This document shows positions 23,843 to 36,792 of a DNA stretch of 64,000 nucleotides, piece by piece. The notes beneath the pieces are model-generated. The model was not told the origin of the DNA, did not search any database, and saw nothing but the letters and a program-made list of their open reading frames with translations. A program made the translations under genes and the position numbers. This DNA is from Podarcis bocagei (lineage: Eukaryota): assembly GCA_964188305.1 (NCBI GenBank), contig OZ076885.1; one strand, 5' to 3'. How positions within the stretch are numbered: the first letter of the stretch is position 1; each line of letters begins with the position of its first letter.

Positions 23843-23954
23843 CAAACTGAGGAGCGGTGACCCATTTACATTTTCTATCTACCCCGGGTCCCCTGTGTAC
23901 AACACTAAAAGAAAGAAGTTGACCAGAGGATCTGGAAAGTCCAAGGAAACCTAA
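23843..23954 (+). CDS. SGO2: SGO2-like last exon (KLRSGDPFT...KET*)
   Basis: Polypyrimidine-cag acceptor; KLRxGDPF shugoshin motif; TAA 23952-23954; AATAAA 24086-24091. Confidence 0.85.
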
Positions 23955-25144
23955 AAAGAGGAAATCGACTGTTGCAAATTCACGGTTTTTAGTAGGAAAC
24001 AAGTGTGTTACTGTTTAAAAAAACTTTGGGGTCTCCAGTATTCCCCCTTACCTAGTCTTTTTTGTTCTGGTATTTGCATTTCAGAAATAAAACATTTCCA
24101 CCTGAAGTTCAATTGGATGTTTGAAAGCCTGTCAGAATTCCAGGAATGTAGAACGTTTAACATTTTATTGAGTTGTAGATCATCTGACTATTAGCTTGCA
24201 TGAAAGTGTCAAAGCTGAGTTCCAGGGAAGACCTGACCCCATTTAAATGCTGCTTAGGCCGTGCACTAGATCTGCAAGTTACCCAGCTATCCTACACCTG
24301 TTCCACGTTCAAGGATTATTTTGTAAATTGAACTACAGTTTACCAGTTGTCTCCTTACAATTCATAAACAAGTTGACACATAGGGATGGATATTAGTAGT
24401 TTATTTATGCCAAATATCCCCCGTAAAAAGAATAGGAGCCATGGATGGGACAATGTTTAATGAGAATAAAAGATAATGTTCAAATGGTTGAAAATAGTCT
24501 GAGAAACTGCACCATTAACCTATCTGAAAGGAAATAAAATACACCTGGCCTAAACACAGGAGTAAATCATTCCTGCACTTCAACTTGGGTACTATACATA
24601 AGAAAAGGACTGCATTTGTCTAAGTCTTGCCCTATTGAACTGTGGCAAATACTCACAACTCTAACATTAGTAGAATCCTCTTACAATCCTGCCAACATGA
24701 GGCTTTACAGGGCACTTCTAACCATGTCTGTTCAGAAGCAAAGCCTACTGAACTCATTGGGCCTACTCTCAGGCAACTGAGGTTAGGATTGCAGCCTTTG
24801 TCCAATTTCACTAGGTCTTTAAATCTTGCAGTGCTTTACGTACTCCAGTAAAGGCCCAGCAGCTAGCTAGAAAACAAAACCTATTCCATTATTTAAATCA
24901 TTCACTGTAGAGCTCATCTCCACCCCCAGTAAGGTCTGTCACTGTGGGTTTTGGTTGGCAAGAAGGCTAACAGCTTAATTCACAGAGGCAGCCATCTAGC
25001 CTGCCCTGTGTGCCTTTTTACAAAAAAACAAAATCTGACAATGTAGACATATTTCCCCCCCCTCCCCAAGTGCTATACTACACAACAGTGCGATTCATTC
25101 ATGTGGCAGGCGACCTTTCCGGAGCAATTCTTGAGGCCTGTTCC

Positions 25145-25238
25145 TTAAAGTCTTGGCTGGGAAGAGAGCTTTGCCTTTAGGTTTTCAGCAAGTTTATCCA
25201 TGAAGTCAAATGTGTTCAAGTAGTCAGAGCGCGTCACA
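25145..25238 (-). CDS. IDH1: IDH1 last coding exon (VTRSDYLNTFDFMDKLAENLKAKLSSQPRL*)
   Basis: ctcag acceptor, TAA at 25147-25145. Confidence 0.95.
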
Positions 25239-25883
25239 CTGAGATGAAGAAAGAAAACCGTAAATGTTACGGTAGTATGAGATTTAAAATTGATCTTAAA
25301 CATTAGCTAGTTTTGCAGGTTTGTGTCAGTCAGGAGCAGCGTGGCACAAACTTTGGCTGTTCTATACACACGCAAGAAATGTTCTGACATTGTTTTATGC
25401 CATCTGATTTTTTTCTCATTCTTGGGTGGGGTGAATCTCGATCCACTCCTTTCCACCCCTCAATCTAGTATCTCAAGGCTTCCTTTCCTTTGGTTAAGAA
25501 GAAAAAACATTGGGGGGGGGGTCATTCCTTTCTCAAAAACCTACATTTATAGGCATGAGAATGTATTTTAGATGCACGTTCCCTAAACTTGGGCCTGTGT
25601 GGCGACTTTGGCATGAAATACAGAATAAGAGCTTTCACAATTTGGCAGAAGAAGGATTAGCTGCTACGACCCTGGCAAAGAATGACTTAAAACACTGCAG
25701 TCATATTTTACTGGAGACCCGAGTAGTTCTGCTTTCAGTTATTGTAATTGCCCGTCTTTGGGATGCAATTCAGGTCTATGCTACAATGAACACCAAACAA
25801 GCAGTTTAGTGTTTTTTAATTGTACAAATTCTACCATTATGTAGTAACAAAATTCCTTTTCCTAATGGGCTGAGTTTACTCAC

Positions 25884-26046
25884 TTGGGTAACCCTTTGAT
25901 ACAAGCAGCCAGATCTTTTGTCATAAAGCCAGCTTCAATGGTCTCTATGCAAACATCTTCCAAGGCAGAAGCAAAGTTCTTAAGGTCTGAGTTGTTATCC
26001 AACTTTGCTCTGTGAGCAAGACCTCTAGTCCAGGCAAAGATGGATG
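25884..26046 (-). CDS. IDH1: IDH1 exon ([18 protein letters not shown]...[15 protein letters not shown])
   Basis: 163 nt, GT-AG. Confidence 0.96.
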
Positions 26047-27194
26047 CTGAGAAAGGTCAAAAGGAGAGAAAGAGAGAGAGAGAAAAAAGATGAATTGAGC
26101 CAATGGTTCCACTTCTGAAATTATGACCTTCTCTATTACCACATTACTCCCTCCTGCACCATGAGCACCTAACAATCTAATTTTGATTTCAACTGGCAAA
26201 TGCACTCCTTGAACTGAATTATCAAAACTTCCCCTGTGAAGAGTTTTCCTCTGGAGTCTCTTAGCAAGTAGCCTCCTGACACACAGCAACCCATCTGCGT
26301 CTCCCCCTATGGGAATCTCGTTCCTCAAATGGTGTCAAGATTTCCAATTTCTGCTTCACAGTGTTTTCCCATTAAGAGAATGATGACAAAGACATCCAAG
26401 TAATAGAATTTAAATGCTTTCCTGCCACACATTTCTTCTTGCACCTCTCACCTGGCACACGCGTTTCCTGAGACACTATGGAACCATAAATACGGAATGA
26501 CAGACTACGTGAATCCTGGAAACAGTTTGGGTTTCTGCCTTTATTCATTTTGAATTCCACAGACTACACAGCAATATTTTCATCTGTGCTGTGCAAACTA
26601 CACAGCACGCACCCCACACGATTATTTTGCTATCTGATATGTCTGCAGAATCCATTCCCTCCTATCTGCTGCTGTTCCACCTGCAGAATGACTCTTAACA
26701 GAGGGGTCCGCTAGGGTGAAACAAGGGGAGGTGATTCTTGCCAGTCCCTTTTTTGAATCTCACCCCCCAAATTTGTCCCAGACTGTTGGGGGGTTCTCCA
26801 CGTCAGCACAGGAAGATGCCTCCACTGGGTCAAAAGCCATTCTGCAAGTGAAACAGCAGCACGTTGTACACTGGGTAGCATTTTCCTAACTTGTCCTACC
26901 CGCGCAAGGATAACTGCTACCACAACAGGATCCTGCCTCCACGCCCTCTATGAAATCTGCTCTGGAGGCTTGGAGAAATTGATTCAAAACAGATTGGGGG
27001 GGCACAGGTGGGAGGAGAGGGAGGGGGGACTTCCTTTGCACTAGCAGTAATCCTTGCAGTGAAGGGACCCTGAAACAGCGCTGCAGGAGGCAGAACCTGC
27101 TGTTCCTACAGGCATAATATTCTATACCAATAGATACAGCTTAACAAAATAAGCACGAGAACTAAACGAGACTTTTATTCACGCACATTTTCTA

Positions 27195-27488
<294 letters not shown>

Positions 27489-28468
27489 TCAATCTAGTAA
27501 TTTGGAACAAAATATGCAAGTGGTTTCCAATTCTGTCAGAAATGAAGGAGAAATGTGAGGAAATAACAAGACAACAATTAAGGAAAGTGAGTTAAGTATA
27601 TGCTTAGCTGGACTTGACTTGAATTTGCCTGGAATTCACAAAGTGCTTTCCACTGGTGAAATTGAAGAAGGCAATAAAATTCTGATTACAGGATCGTGGT
27701 GGCCTAAAGGCATGTGATCAAATGCTATGCAGAAGCCACTGCCCTTAGGAGTTCTGTAAATTGCTGAGCCATGTGGGACAATTGTCAGGGCCAACAACAT
27801 CGCGTCTGCCATTAGGCTACATAGTAATTTTATGACAATTCACCTTAAGGCTAATTGCGAACACCCATCACTTGTCTTTCAAGCAAGGCTAGCTCCTTAA
27901 CAATTAGAATTTGCTGCTAACTCTTCCTCTCAGCCCTATCATCTCCATTCCTTCAGAAAGTTTCCTGCCTCCCAAGCACGTAAGTGTGGCAAGACCAGTT
28001 TTGCTTCCCAATACTCAAGAAAGCAGCATACGTTTTCCTTGCTGTTACAGGCCACATACAATACCTGGGTAAGAGCAACATAGCCATAAAACGTTATGGC
28101 TGCTACCAGTGCAAAGAAACCGCAAAACTTGCTTTGAGCCACTGATTAAAGGCAGAGAACACGTCTCCTCTCTCGTGGCCCCTTGCCATTCTTGGAAACC
28201 ATGTATTGCTGATACAGGAATTTTTATCGGAAATAGGTGTTCCTTATATCAACATGATGTACAATAATTTGTAACTCCCTGCTGGCCGATCCATTGTACA
28301 CATTCATGTTTGATGTAGAAAGGTTTGTTGGAATTGTTACATAGCTGAGTGGGTACCATCATCTGTACAAGCGAACAACCTTGTTTTGTATACCGCAGGG
28401 AATTTAGTTGCTTTCCCCTTCTGTGACAAATCCTGTGCTATGTGAAAGCTTGCACATTTTGCCACCAG

Positions 28469-28723
28469 GAAGAAGAAGAAGAAGAGTTTGGATTTGATAG
28501 CCCGCCTTTCACTCCCCTTCAGGAGTCTCAAAGCGGCTAACATTCTCCTTTCCCTTCCTCCCCCACAACAAACACTCTGTGAGGCGAGTGGGGCTGAGAG
28601 ACTTCAGAAAAGTGTGACTGGCCCAAGGTCACCCAACAGCTGCATGTGGAGGAGCGGAGACGCGAACCCGGTTCCCCAGATTACAAGACTACCGCTCTTA
28701 ACCACTACACCACGCTGGCTGCA
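28469..28723 (-). mobile_element. tRNA-derived CORE-type SINE
   Basis: Reverse complement of the 19296-19543 family; (GAA)n tail. Confidence 0.85.
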
Positions 28724-28899
28724 GTCTTTGTAGGTTTTTCAGAAGCATCTAACTGTCCACTGTTGGAGACAAAATGCAGAGCCAGGACACCCCTTGGCCT
28801 GCTGTAACAGGGCTATTCTTATGTCCCAACAATCATTAAGCCACTCCTCACACAGCCAACCCACGTTTTGCCAAAGATAAAGAATTTACCGTAATCTCA

Positions 28900-29127
<228 letters not shown>

Positions 29128-30153
29128 TCACAGGTGAAAATTGCAGGTCCGGTATATACAACCCATGAGAAGAAGGGAAAGCGGCTTACACCTTGCATAA
29201 AGGATGTGGGAATGTGGTGGGGAAGGGGAGGAAACCTGCCTGAGTTTCCATACTAATGTACCTTACGATATTTCTGGCTTGCGTTTCATGAGGGCAGATT
29301 TCAGTCAGAATATGAGAAGCTGCATGAAGGTAAGGGCAGTCCAATAATGGATCCAAGTACTTAAAAGATGGTGTGGGGAACCTTTGCTCTTCCAGATGAA
29401 CTACAAGCTTCCATGATCCTTGGCCACTGGCTGTGCTTTCTGGGGCTGGTGGGAGTTGGTGGCCTCTCCTTTGCTGGTGGTCTTTAAGCAGAGGCTGAAC
29501 AGCTGGGGATGCCACCTGAACTTCCTGCAGGGGACTGAACTAAATGGTCAGCAAGGACCCCTGCAACTAGGATTCTGTAGCTCCTTAATCCCTCATCCTC
29601 TTCTACAGAGTAATCAGCAGCAAAGCTGCGGACTACCATTTCCTTCCAGTGTGGTCAGTGCAGTGGCAAAGAGCCAAGGTCCACAGTACAGAGAGAGAGA
29701 GCTCTGCCCAGGCAGATCCTGTCCAGAAGTGGCAGATCTAGAGTCCTCTGCCTGTGTTTCAGCCTGGAAGAATGAGGTTGTCCTTGGGATCTTGGGCTAG
29801 GATGGAAGGCAGCCAATGAACCTTAGGGGACTGGATTTTATGTCTGGGACTCCAGCGTCTCTCTTGTCGGATTTTTATTTTCATATGAAATATGAAAATC
29901 AGTTCTTCATTCACTCAGGTTCATAGCTTTCCTCCACCTCATGTTTCTGTAGGAGTTAACAGAAAGAGGTTTTGCAAAACGAATGACTAACTGGTTCAGC
30001 TTCCAGTGGCATTAAGAAATAAGATAAAAAACGTGAAATTTTGAGGTAGACCTTTTTGCCCAAAGACTCAAAGATCAGCTACCCTGACTAATAAGACAGT
30101 TCTTTAAACAAAGATACACCTGCAAGATGAATATATAACAAAATATTGATTAC

Positions 30154-30331
30154 TTCTCATAGATCTCCTGAAAGATGTCCTTAAAACGCCCATCATATCG
30201 CTTCAAAATGGTGTTTTTGGTGCTCAAATACAGAGGCCATGCTTTAGACAGCGCCATCTGGAAAGAACTGTGGGCAAAGTCTGCAATGGACTGGTCAAGG
30301 TTGAACATTCCCAGAGCCACACCTCCACAGT
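30154..30331 (-). CDS. IDH1: IDH1 exon ([10 protein letters not shown]...[25 protein letters not shown])
   Basis: 178 nt, GT-AG. Confidence 0.97.
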
Positions 30332-32361
30332 CTATACCACAGGAGAGAGAAAGAAGAAAGTAAAAAAAGGGAGTCAGGTAGAACAGAAACATCTGCTTTT
30401 GAGCAGCACAGTATTTTTATAGCGTGTACCACTCCTCTCTCTGACACCACCCCCCTCAATATTTTTATATACTTTCATTTTAAGAAAACAGCAAACCACT
30501 CTGACATCTTTTAAAATGGAGAGTATAAAAATATTTTAAATAAATATTATGAATTTTCAACTCGCTTAAGTGGTTTTTTTAAATCTTTACTCCTTTTTCT
30601 CATTAAAATTTAAAAAAATTAAAACAGGACTCTAAATCAGTCTTTTCAGAAACTGGGATGCCTTCTGGTGATAATTCCATACTTGAACATTTTAACGCAA
30701 GACGACTAAAGTAATGACTGATAATTGAACATTACTCTGTGACATGACAATTGACCTCCTTGGAATGATTCTGTGGGGCTTAGAACACGCATCGATGCGT
30801 GCTGTGTAATGCAACAGTAATTAATGGCTAAGGAGGGTTTTGAGCAAGGCTGCTTTAGTTCAAATCTCAGCTCTGGATGGTCTTAGGCAAGTCGCTATTC
30901 TATTACACCCCAGTCTGACATACAGAAATAATACTACCATACCTTACAGGGTTATTGTAAGGATTGTTTTGCAGTTTCCCAGGCTATCTCTCTCTCTCTT
31001 TTTTAATGCCTGGAGTACCACTGAGGAGTTGCAAAGTATGAAGTTACGCTGGGCGGGGACGAAGGACAAAAACCTCAGTGTGTCTGAACGGATTCCACCC
31101 AGTCTCCGCTTGTCACAGTCTGTGAGCTGGCACACGGCCTACAACTGTTCATTCATGGCCATGGCTCAATGGAGAGAAAGCGTACAGGGAACATTCCCAG
31201 AACGTTTAAGGACTGTACTGCAGCCACCAATTATTTTTGTACGGCCTGATGCGTGGCACATATGTCCAGTTCAATGCAGCATTCATTACATCATTACATC
31301 TCTACATCAATGAACACAACCATATACTAAACATACAGATCTAGTCCACAGCTTAAATGAATGAAGCCTCTCATTTATACAGAAGGCTGGGAAATCACTT
31401 GCTTCTCCATGCAAACACAGCCGCCTAGCAACTTTCCCAAGTTCCACTAAAGGAGTTAAGAAGGCAGAAGCAGAATTCCTTTCTCCCTTTAAGAGTAGTA
31501 AAGAACCTGATCGGAACTTTGTGGGACATGCGAGCACAAACGTCTCCAGTGCCTTCAGACAGGAATCACCAAACGCCCATTTAATGCTTATGGATAGTAT
31601 GCATTTGCAAAGCACTTTGAGTATTCAGAGTGCTCTGTAGATATTGTCCAAGTGATTTATGGAACCATCATGAGAGGGCGGTAAGTGACTTGGGCCAAGT
31701 CTACATTCTGCAGGCTCTCTCCTTTCCTGTGCAGATTCCCTTCCTTTCAGCCTCTTCCTTCTTAGACTCTTAGGAGTTTCTTGGTTCCAACATGTGCATG
31801 GAACCAAGATGGAAATGGGTGTGTTGTATCCCTTCTGCAACATTCTTCCAATTCAATCTCTCAAGACTCCTGGGCAATCCAGGCAGGGAAACACAGTGCA
31901 GCAATTCCCATCCTTCAGCAAACATACATTTCAAGAACTCTGCATCTGCGATTGCTAGAATCAAGCCTTCCCCTTGTAGCCCTTTCATCCTATCTATACA
32001 CATCAAAGCTAGAATTACCCCAAATTACATTATTGCCTTGCGCAGAATGAAGCAAGACATTGAAACACATGTAAATCACAAGTTGGTTTTGCAACCACCG
32101 ACGCCAGTTTCACAACTGTTTGAGCAACACCAAAGCAACTTTGGGTTCCTGGGCTGCGCCCTTGCCTCTGGCAGAAAAGAACAGGCCTGTATGTAACAGG
32201 AACAATGGTGACAGGTGACAGAACAGCATGTACAGAACAGAAATGCTGTTGTTGTTTTTCATACTTCATGTGCTCCTTGATCTAATATTATGGAAAGACC
32301 ACAAGGAATTGTTGGAAGGGAGACCCTGGCTCACTGCTAAGATCACCAGCCTATAGCTATA

Positions 32362-32588
32362 CAGTGGTACCTCGCAAGACGAATGCCTCGCAAGACGAAA
32401 GAGTTTTCCGTTTTTTGAGTCGTTCCGCAAGACAAATTTCCCTATGGGCTTGCTTGGCAAGACGAAACGTCTTGCGAGTTTGTTTCCTTTTTCTTAAAGC
32501 CGCTAATAGCCGTGCTTTGCAAGACGAAAAAACCGCAAGACGAAGAGACTCGCGGAACGGATTAATTTCGTCTTGCGAGGCACCACTG
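32362..32588. mobile_element. Tigger-like MITE (short variant)
   Basis: CAGTGGTACCTCGCAAGACG TIRs, TA TSD. Confidence 0.92.
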
Positions 32589-32903
32589 TATAGGGTATGA
32601 TTCAACTAAATGTTACTCAGAGTGGACCCACTGTAGTTAATGAACATGACTAAGTTATGTGGGTCTAGCGAGGAAGACTTAGTTGAATATCACCATAGTT
32701 ACTAGTTCCTCTGCATTCTGTTCCCACATTGGCAACTTGGGATGGAGGGCAACTGGGACTAGGTTTGGTCCATGGTTCCCCAGTTGTGGATCCCTGGTTA
32801 AAGGCCTGGCTCAATCCATTATTCAGGCTAGAAGCCTAACTCTACTTAACATGCCTCCCCAATTCTCCACATTCAAATATCCTTTATATAATCCAACACT
32901 TAC

Positions 32904-33009
32904 TTTCAAAGTTATGGACCAAATAAGTTATGGGTTTGCCTCCATTCTTCGGTGTGTAGGTCATCTCTACCTTTCCAGGGCCAGAAACGACAAAGTCTGT
33001 GGCTCTGTA
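32904..33009 (-). CDS. IDH1: IDH1 exon ([20 protein letters not shown]...VHNFE)
   Basis: 106 nt, GT-AG. Confidence 0.96.
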
Positions 33010-33257
33010 CTGCAGAAGAACAAACAAAATGGCTGCTTAGGTCAGGGATGATCAACATGCAGCTTGCCAGTACCCCCTCCCTAGCAGAATTATATACCAT
33101 GTATATGTCAGGTCAGATTTCCATTATTCCCCTTTTCCAGGGAAGAAAGGGGGAGGGGGGGAATAGTACTTCCTTTAAATAATTTCCAGACCAAGGCAAA
33201 CAGCCACAGCTGTAGCTTGCAGAGATTTCAACACAGCTCAATCTATTTTAATCATTA

Positions 33258-33758
<501 letters not shown>

Positions 33759-34660
33759 TTAAGTGCCTTACAGACCCATCCAAGGCCTTACTAAACATGT
33801 GCATCATAGTTCAGGGTGGAAAACATGCTCAAAAAGAAGAGAAGAGATAGGAAATGGCACAAACAGAGTAAAATGACCATCTTCTGCAGGTGTGAGGAAC
33901 CGTTGGCCCCCCAGATGTTGCTGAACCACAACTCCCATCGTCCCTGCAATTGCTTGCTGACGCTGATGGGAGTTGGAGTCGCCATGAAAGAAGGAGCTAC
34001 TTCATATACAAGTGGATAATTTCATGAAGTTAACACTTGGAGGAATGAGCAAAAGCCGCTTGGACAGCAATGTTGATGCTCTCCTTCCAGTAAAAACAAA
34101 TGAATGAAAATGTGTCTGGACTCAGATGTGTGGGATTGTACAGCTATGCTATCAGATACCTATTCTGCTTTGGCAGTGTCAGCACGAGCAAAGCAGTACA
34201 TCTGGTTAGGCAGGTATCCGGAACAAAAAGCAAAGTGCAAGAGAAGTAGGGGAAAGGTTAACGACTCAACGGTTTAATCTACAACCGGTGGATGCACTGA
34301 AAAGATTTTGCTGTACTTTTCTCCATGGTCCTCTTGCCAATGGTACTCTGACAGTGTGTGGTGTTAGCGGAGGGGTAGTACCTCTGGGGGGGGGGACACA
34401 TTGTGCTCCTTCTGGGGTATTTTGTCCACCTTTGCCCCCCAACCTGCACTCAGTTCTGCACTGTGGCTCCTAGAAGCTGTCACCATGTGACAGCAGCCAC
34501 ACCCCGGGAACGGCTTTGACTGAGGGGAGCTGATGGGTCTCAAGCCCTTAGTGAGTTAGGGACTTGCCCTGCATGCAAAGACTGGCTCCAGAGGATTGCG
34601 CAGACGAGAGCAAGAGTGGGTCCAATGGTCAGGAAGGCAGTTTCTGAACATGCTGTAGAG

Positions 34661-34797
34661 CAGGCATCCCCAACCTGCGGACCTCCAGATGTTTTGGCCT
34701 ACAACTCCCATGATCCCTAGCTAACAGGACCAGTGGTCAGGGATGATGGGAATTGTAGTCTCAAAACATCTGGAGGGCCGAAGGTTGGGGATGCCTG
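34661..34797. mobile_element. Palindromic hAT-Charlie-like MITE
   Basis: TIRs CAGGCATCCCCAACCT / AGGTTGGGGATGCCTG; 8-bp TSD CTG(T/C)AGAG. Confidence 0.88.
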
Positions 34798-34953
34798 CTG
34801 CAGAGGGAAGTGAGGGGCAGATGGGGCTCATCAGCCTGGGAATGTAGCCCATCGAGGAGAAGGAAAACTCTGATCCTTAACCTCTGCTGCCTTAGGATAT
34901 CTTTGGGAGAAGAAAAGGTAAACCCTACACAAAACAGGAACGGAGTCCCTAAG

Positions 34954-35277
34954 ATCATAGAATCATAGAGTTGGAAGAGACCACAAGGGCCATCGAGTCC
35001 AACCCCCTGCCAAGCAGGAAACACCATCAGAGCACTCCTGACATATGGTTGTCAAGCCTCTGCTTAAAGACCTCCAAAGAAGGAGACTCCACCACACTCC
35101 TTGGCAGCAAATTCCACTGTCAAACAGCTCTTACTGTCAGGAAGTTCTTCCTAATGTTTAGGTGGAATCTTCTTTCTTGTAGTTTGGATCCATTGCTCCG
35201 TGTCCGCTTCTCTGGAGAAGCAGAAAACAACCTTTCTCCCTCCTCTATGTGACATCCTTTTATATATTTGAACATGG
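34954..35277 (-). mobile_element. CR1 3' fragment (young)
   Basis: Nearly identical to 3240-3562. Confidence 0.95.
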
Positions 35278-35973
35278 AAGGAGGGCACTTTGTGTGCCTC
35301 CTTCCGGCAACTCCTGCAGCCAAGCTGGTGCTAAACGTATTACTCTGCTTTCCTTTGGACCACATCGGAGAGGCTGAGAGTCTTGTCATCTGGGAAGCCC
35401 AGGACCTCCACACACACGGCCCAAGACTGTGCCAAAGGGAGGTCACTTGGTGCTGGTAAGGCAGCGGTTTGATTCCAACAACAATGTGTGGAATAGCAGG
35501 TTGACTTATTTTCTCAACACTGTAAATGCCCACCGCAGGCTCACTTGGTTTGAAGGCTGAAGAAAGTGGGGATGAGTCATTGTGGCTACAGTTTTGCTGC
35601 TAGCAGGTGATGCCCAGGTGGTGACAGTGGGGGTGGAGTTCTTCTGAATAGCCATAACATTGGTAGCCGGCAGAGCTCTTCAGAAGCAGAAAAATGGGTG
35701 AAAGTGCTGCTGTGGGGTTGGGGTGGATTAGTTCACTGAGCAGATCTAACAGAAACCTGAAGCTGCCTATTGTGTTGCTACTCTCCCCAGACTCCACTGC
35801 AGAATCCCTATGCCCTTAATAAGCTGCAGGAGAGAGACAGAACACCAAAACATGGGTCTCTCCTTAGCACAGAGACGTCCATGGAAAAAGAACTGCAAAC
35901 CTCTTATACTGCTGCCACTTGTGGCAGGCTTTTGTGCCAACTGGCACAGGAGCAATGCAAGAAAAGAAAAGTA

Positions 35974-36285
35974 CCGTATTTTTCTCTCCATAAGACGCAC
36001 CCGACCATAAGACGCACCTAGTTTTTAAGAGGAAAACAAGAAAAAAAATATTCTGAATCAAATGTTGTTGAAGAATGCAAGACAAAGCCTCTTCAGCACA
36101 GCGGTAGGAACGTTCCCGCTGCCCTGAAGAGGCTTTGCGTGGCTATCCCAGAAGCCAGAACAGCAAGAGGGATTTGCTGGCTTCAGCGATAGCTGCGCAG
36201 CCTGCATTCACTCCATAAGACGCACACACATTTCCCCTTACTTTTTAGGAGGGAAAAAGTGCATTTTATAGAGGGGAAAATACGG
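35974..36285. mobile_element. TcMar-Tc2-type MITE
   Basis: TA|CCGTATTTT...AAAATACGG|TA; inverted relative to the 14858 copy. Confidence 0.85.
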
Positions 36286-36567
36286 TAAGTGGCAACTTAG
36301 TTTGCCTAGTTAATTCACAGAGCCACGGCCTAGCATGAAAACTATTAAACTGGTAGATGCATGAAAAAATCCTGGGCTGTGTGGCCGGAGGACAGAGCAA
36401 GGAACACTTGTCAGGTTCCTATTTTCTGAGCAGTTCAAGCTTCCCTGGACCCCAAGGTTTTTGTTTTAAAAGAGAAGTTTGGCCAACAGAAGCATCTTCT
36501 GTTCTAAGCAAGTTTGCACTGGCCACTTACAAGAATTTACAAGCCAAAATACCTCACTCTTTTAATA

Positions 36568-36792
36568 CAGTGGCACCTTGGTTTAAGAACAGCTCTGTTT
36601 ATGAACTTCACAAAACTGGAAGTAGTGTCCCAGTTTGCAAACTTTACCTCAGTCTAAGAACGGAATCTGAACAGTGGAAGGGCACCGGTGGCAGGAGGCC
36701 TCATTAGGGAAAGCGCGCCTCGGTTTAAGAATGGTTTCGGTTTAAGAACGGACTTCTGGAACGGATTAAGTTCGTAAACCGAGGTACCACTG
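36568..36792. mobile_element. Tigger-like MITE, second family
   Basis: TA|CAGTGGCACCTTGGTTTA...TAAACCGAGGTACCACTG|TA. Confidence 0.85.

Larger units (their letters stand above)
13772..23954 (+). other. SGO2: Shugoshin-2-like gene, complete CDS in 6 coding exons, ~929 aa
   Basis: Phase-consistent join 13772-13913, 15773-15948, 16666-16792, 20138-22261, 23543-23651, 23843-23954 (2790 nt). Orthologue versus paralogue is unresolved. Confidence 0.8.
34386..35460 (+). mobile_element. Probable 5' region of an RTE-like retroelement, interrupted by a hAT MITE and a CR1
   Basis: G-rich start, structured 5' end, AGGAGAAGGAAAACTCTGA motif recalled from RTE-type 5' UTRs. Family assignment uncertain. Confidence 0.35.

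Noticed and set aside
30786-30801. 16-bp perfect palindrome CACGCATCGATGCGTG
   Set aside because: Isolated; no snoRNA or miRNA context could be supported.
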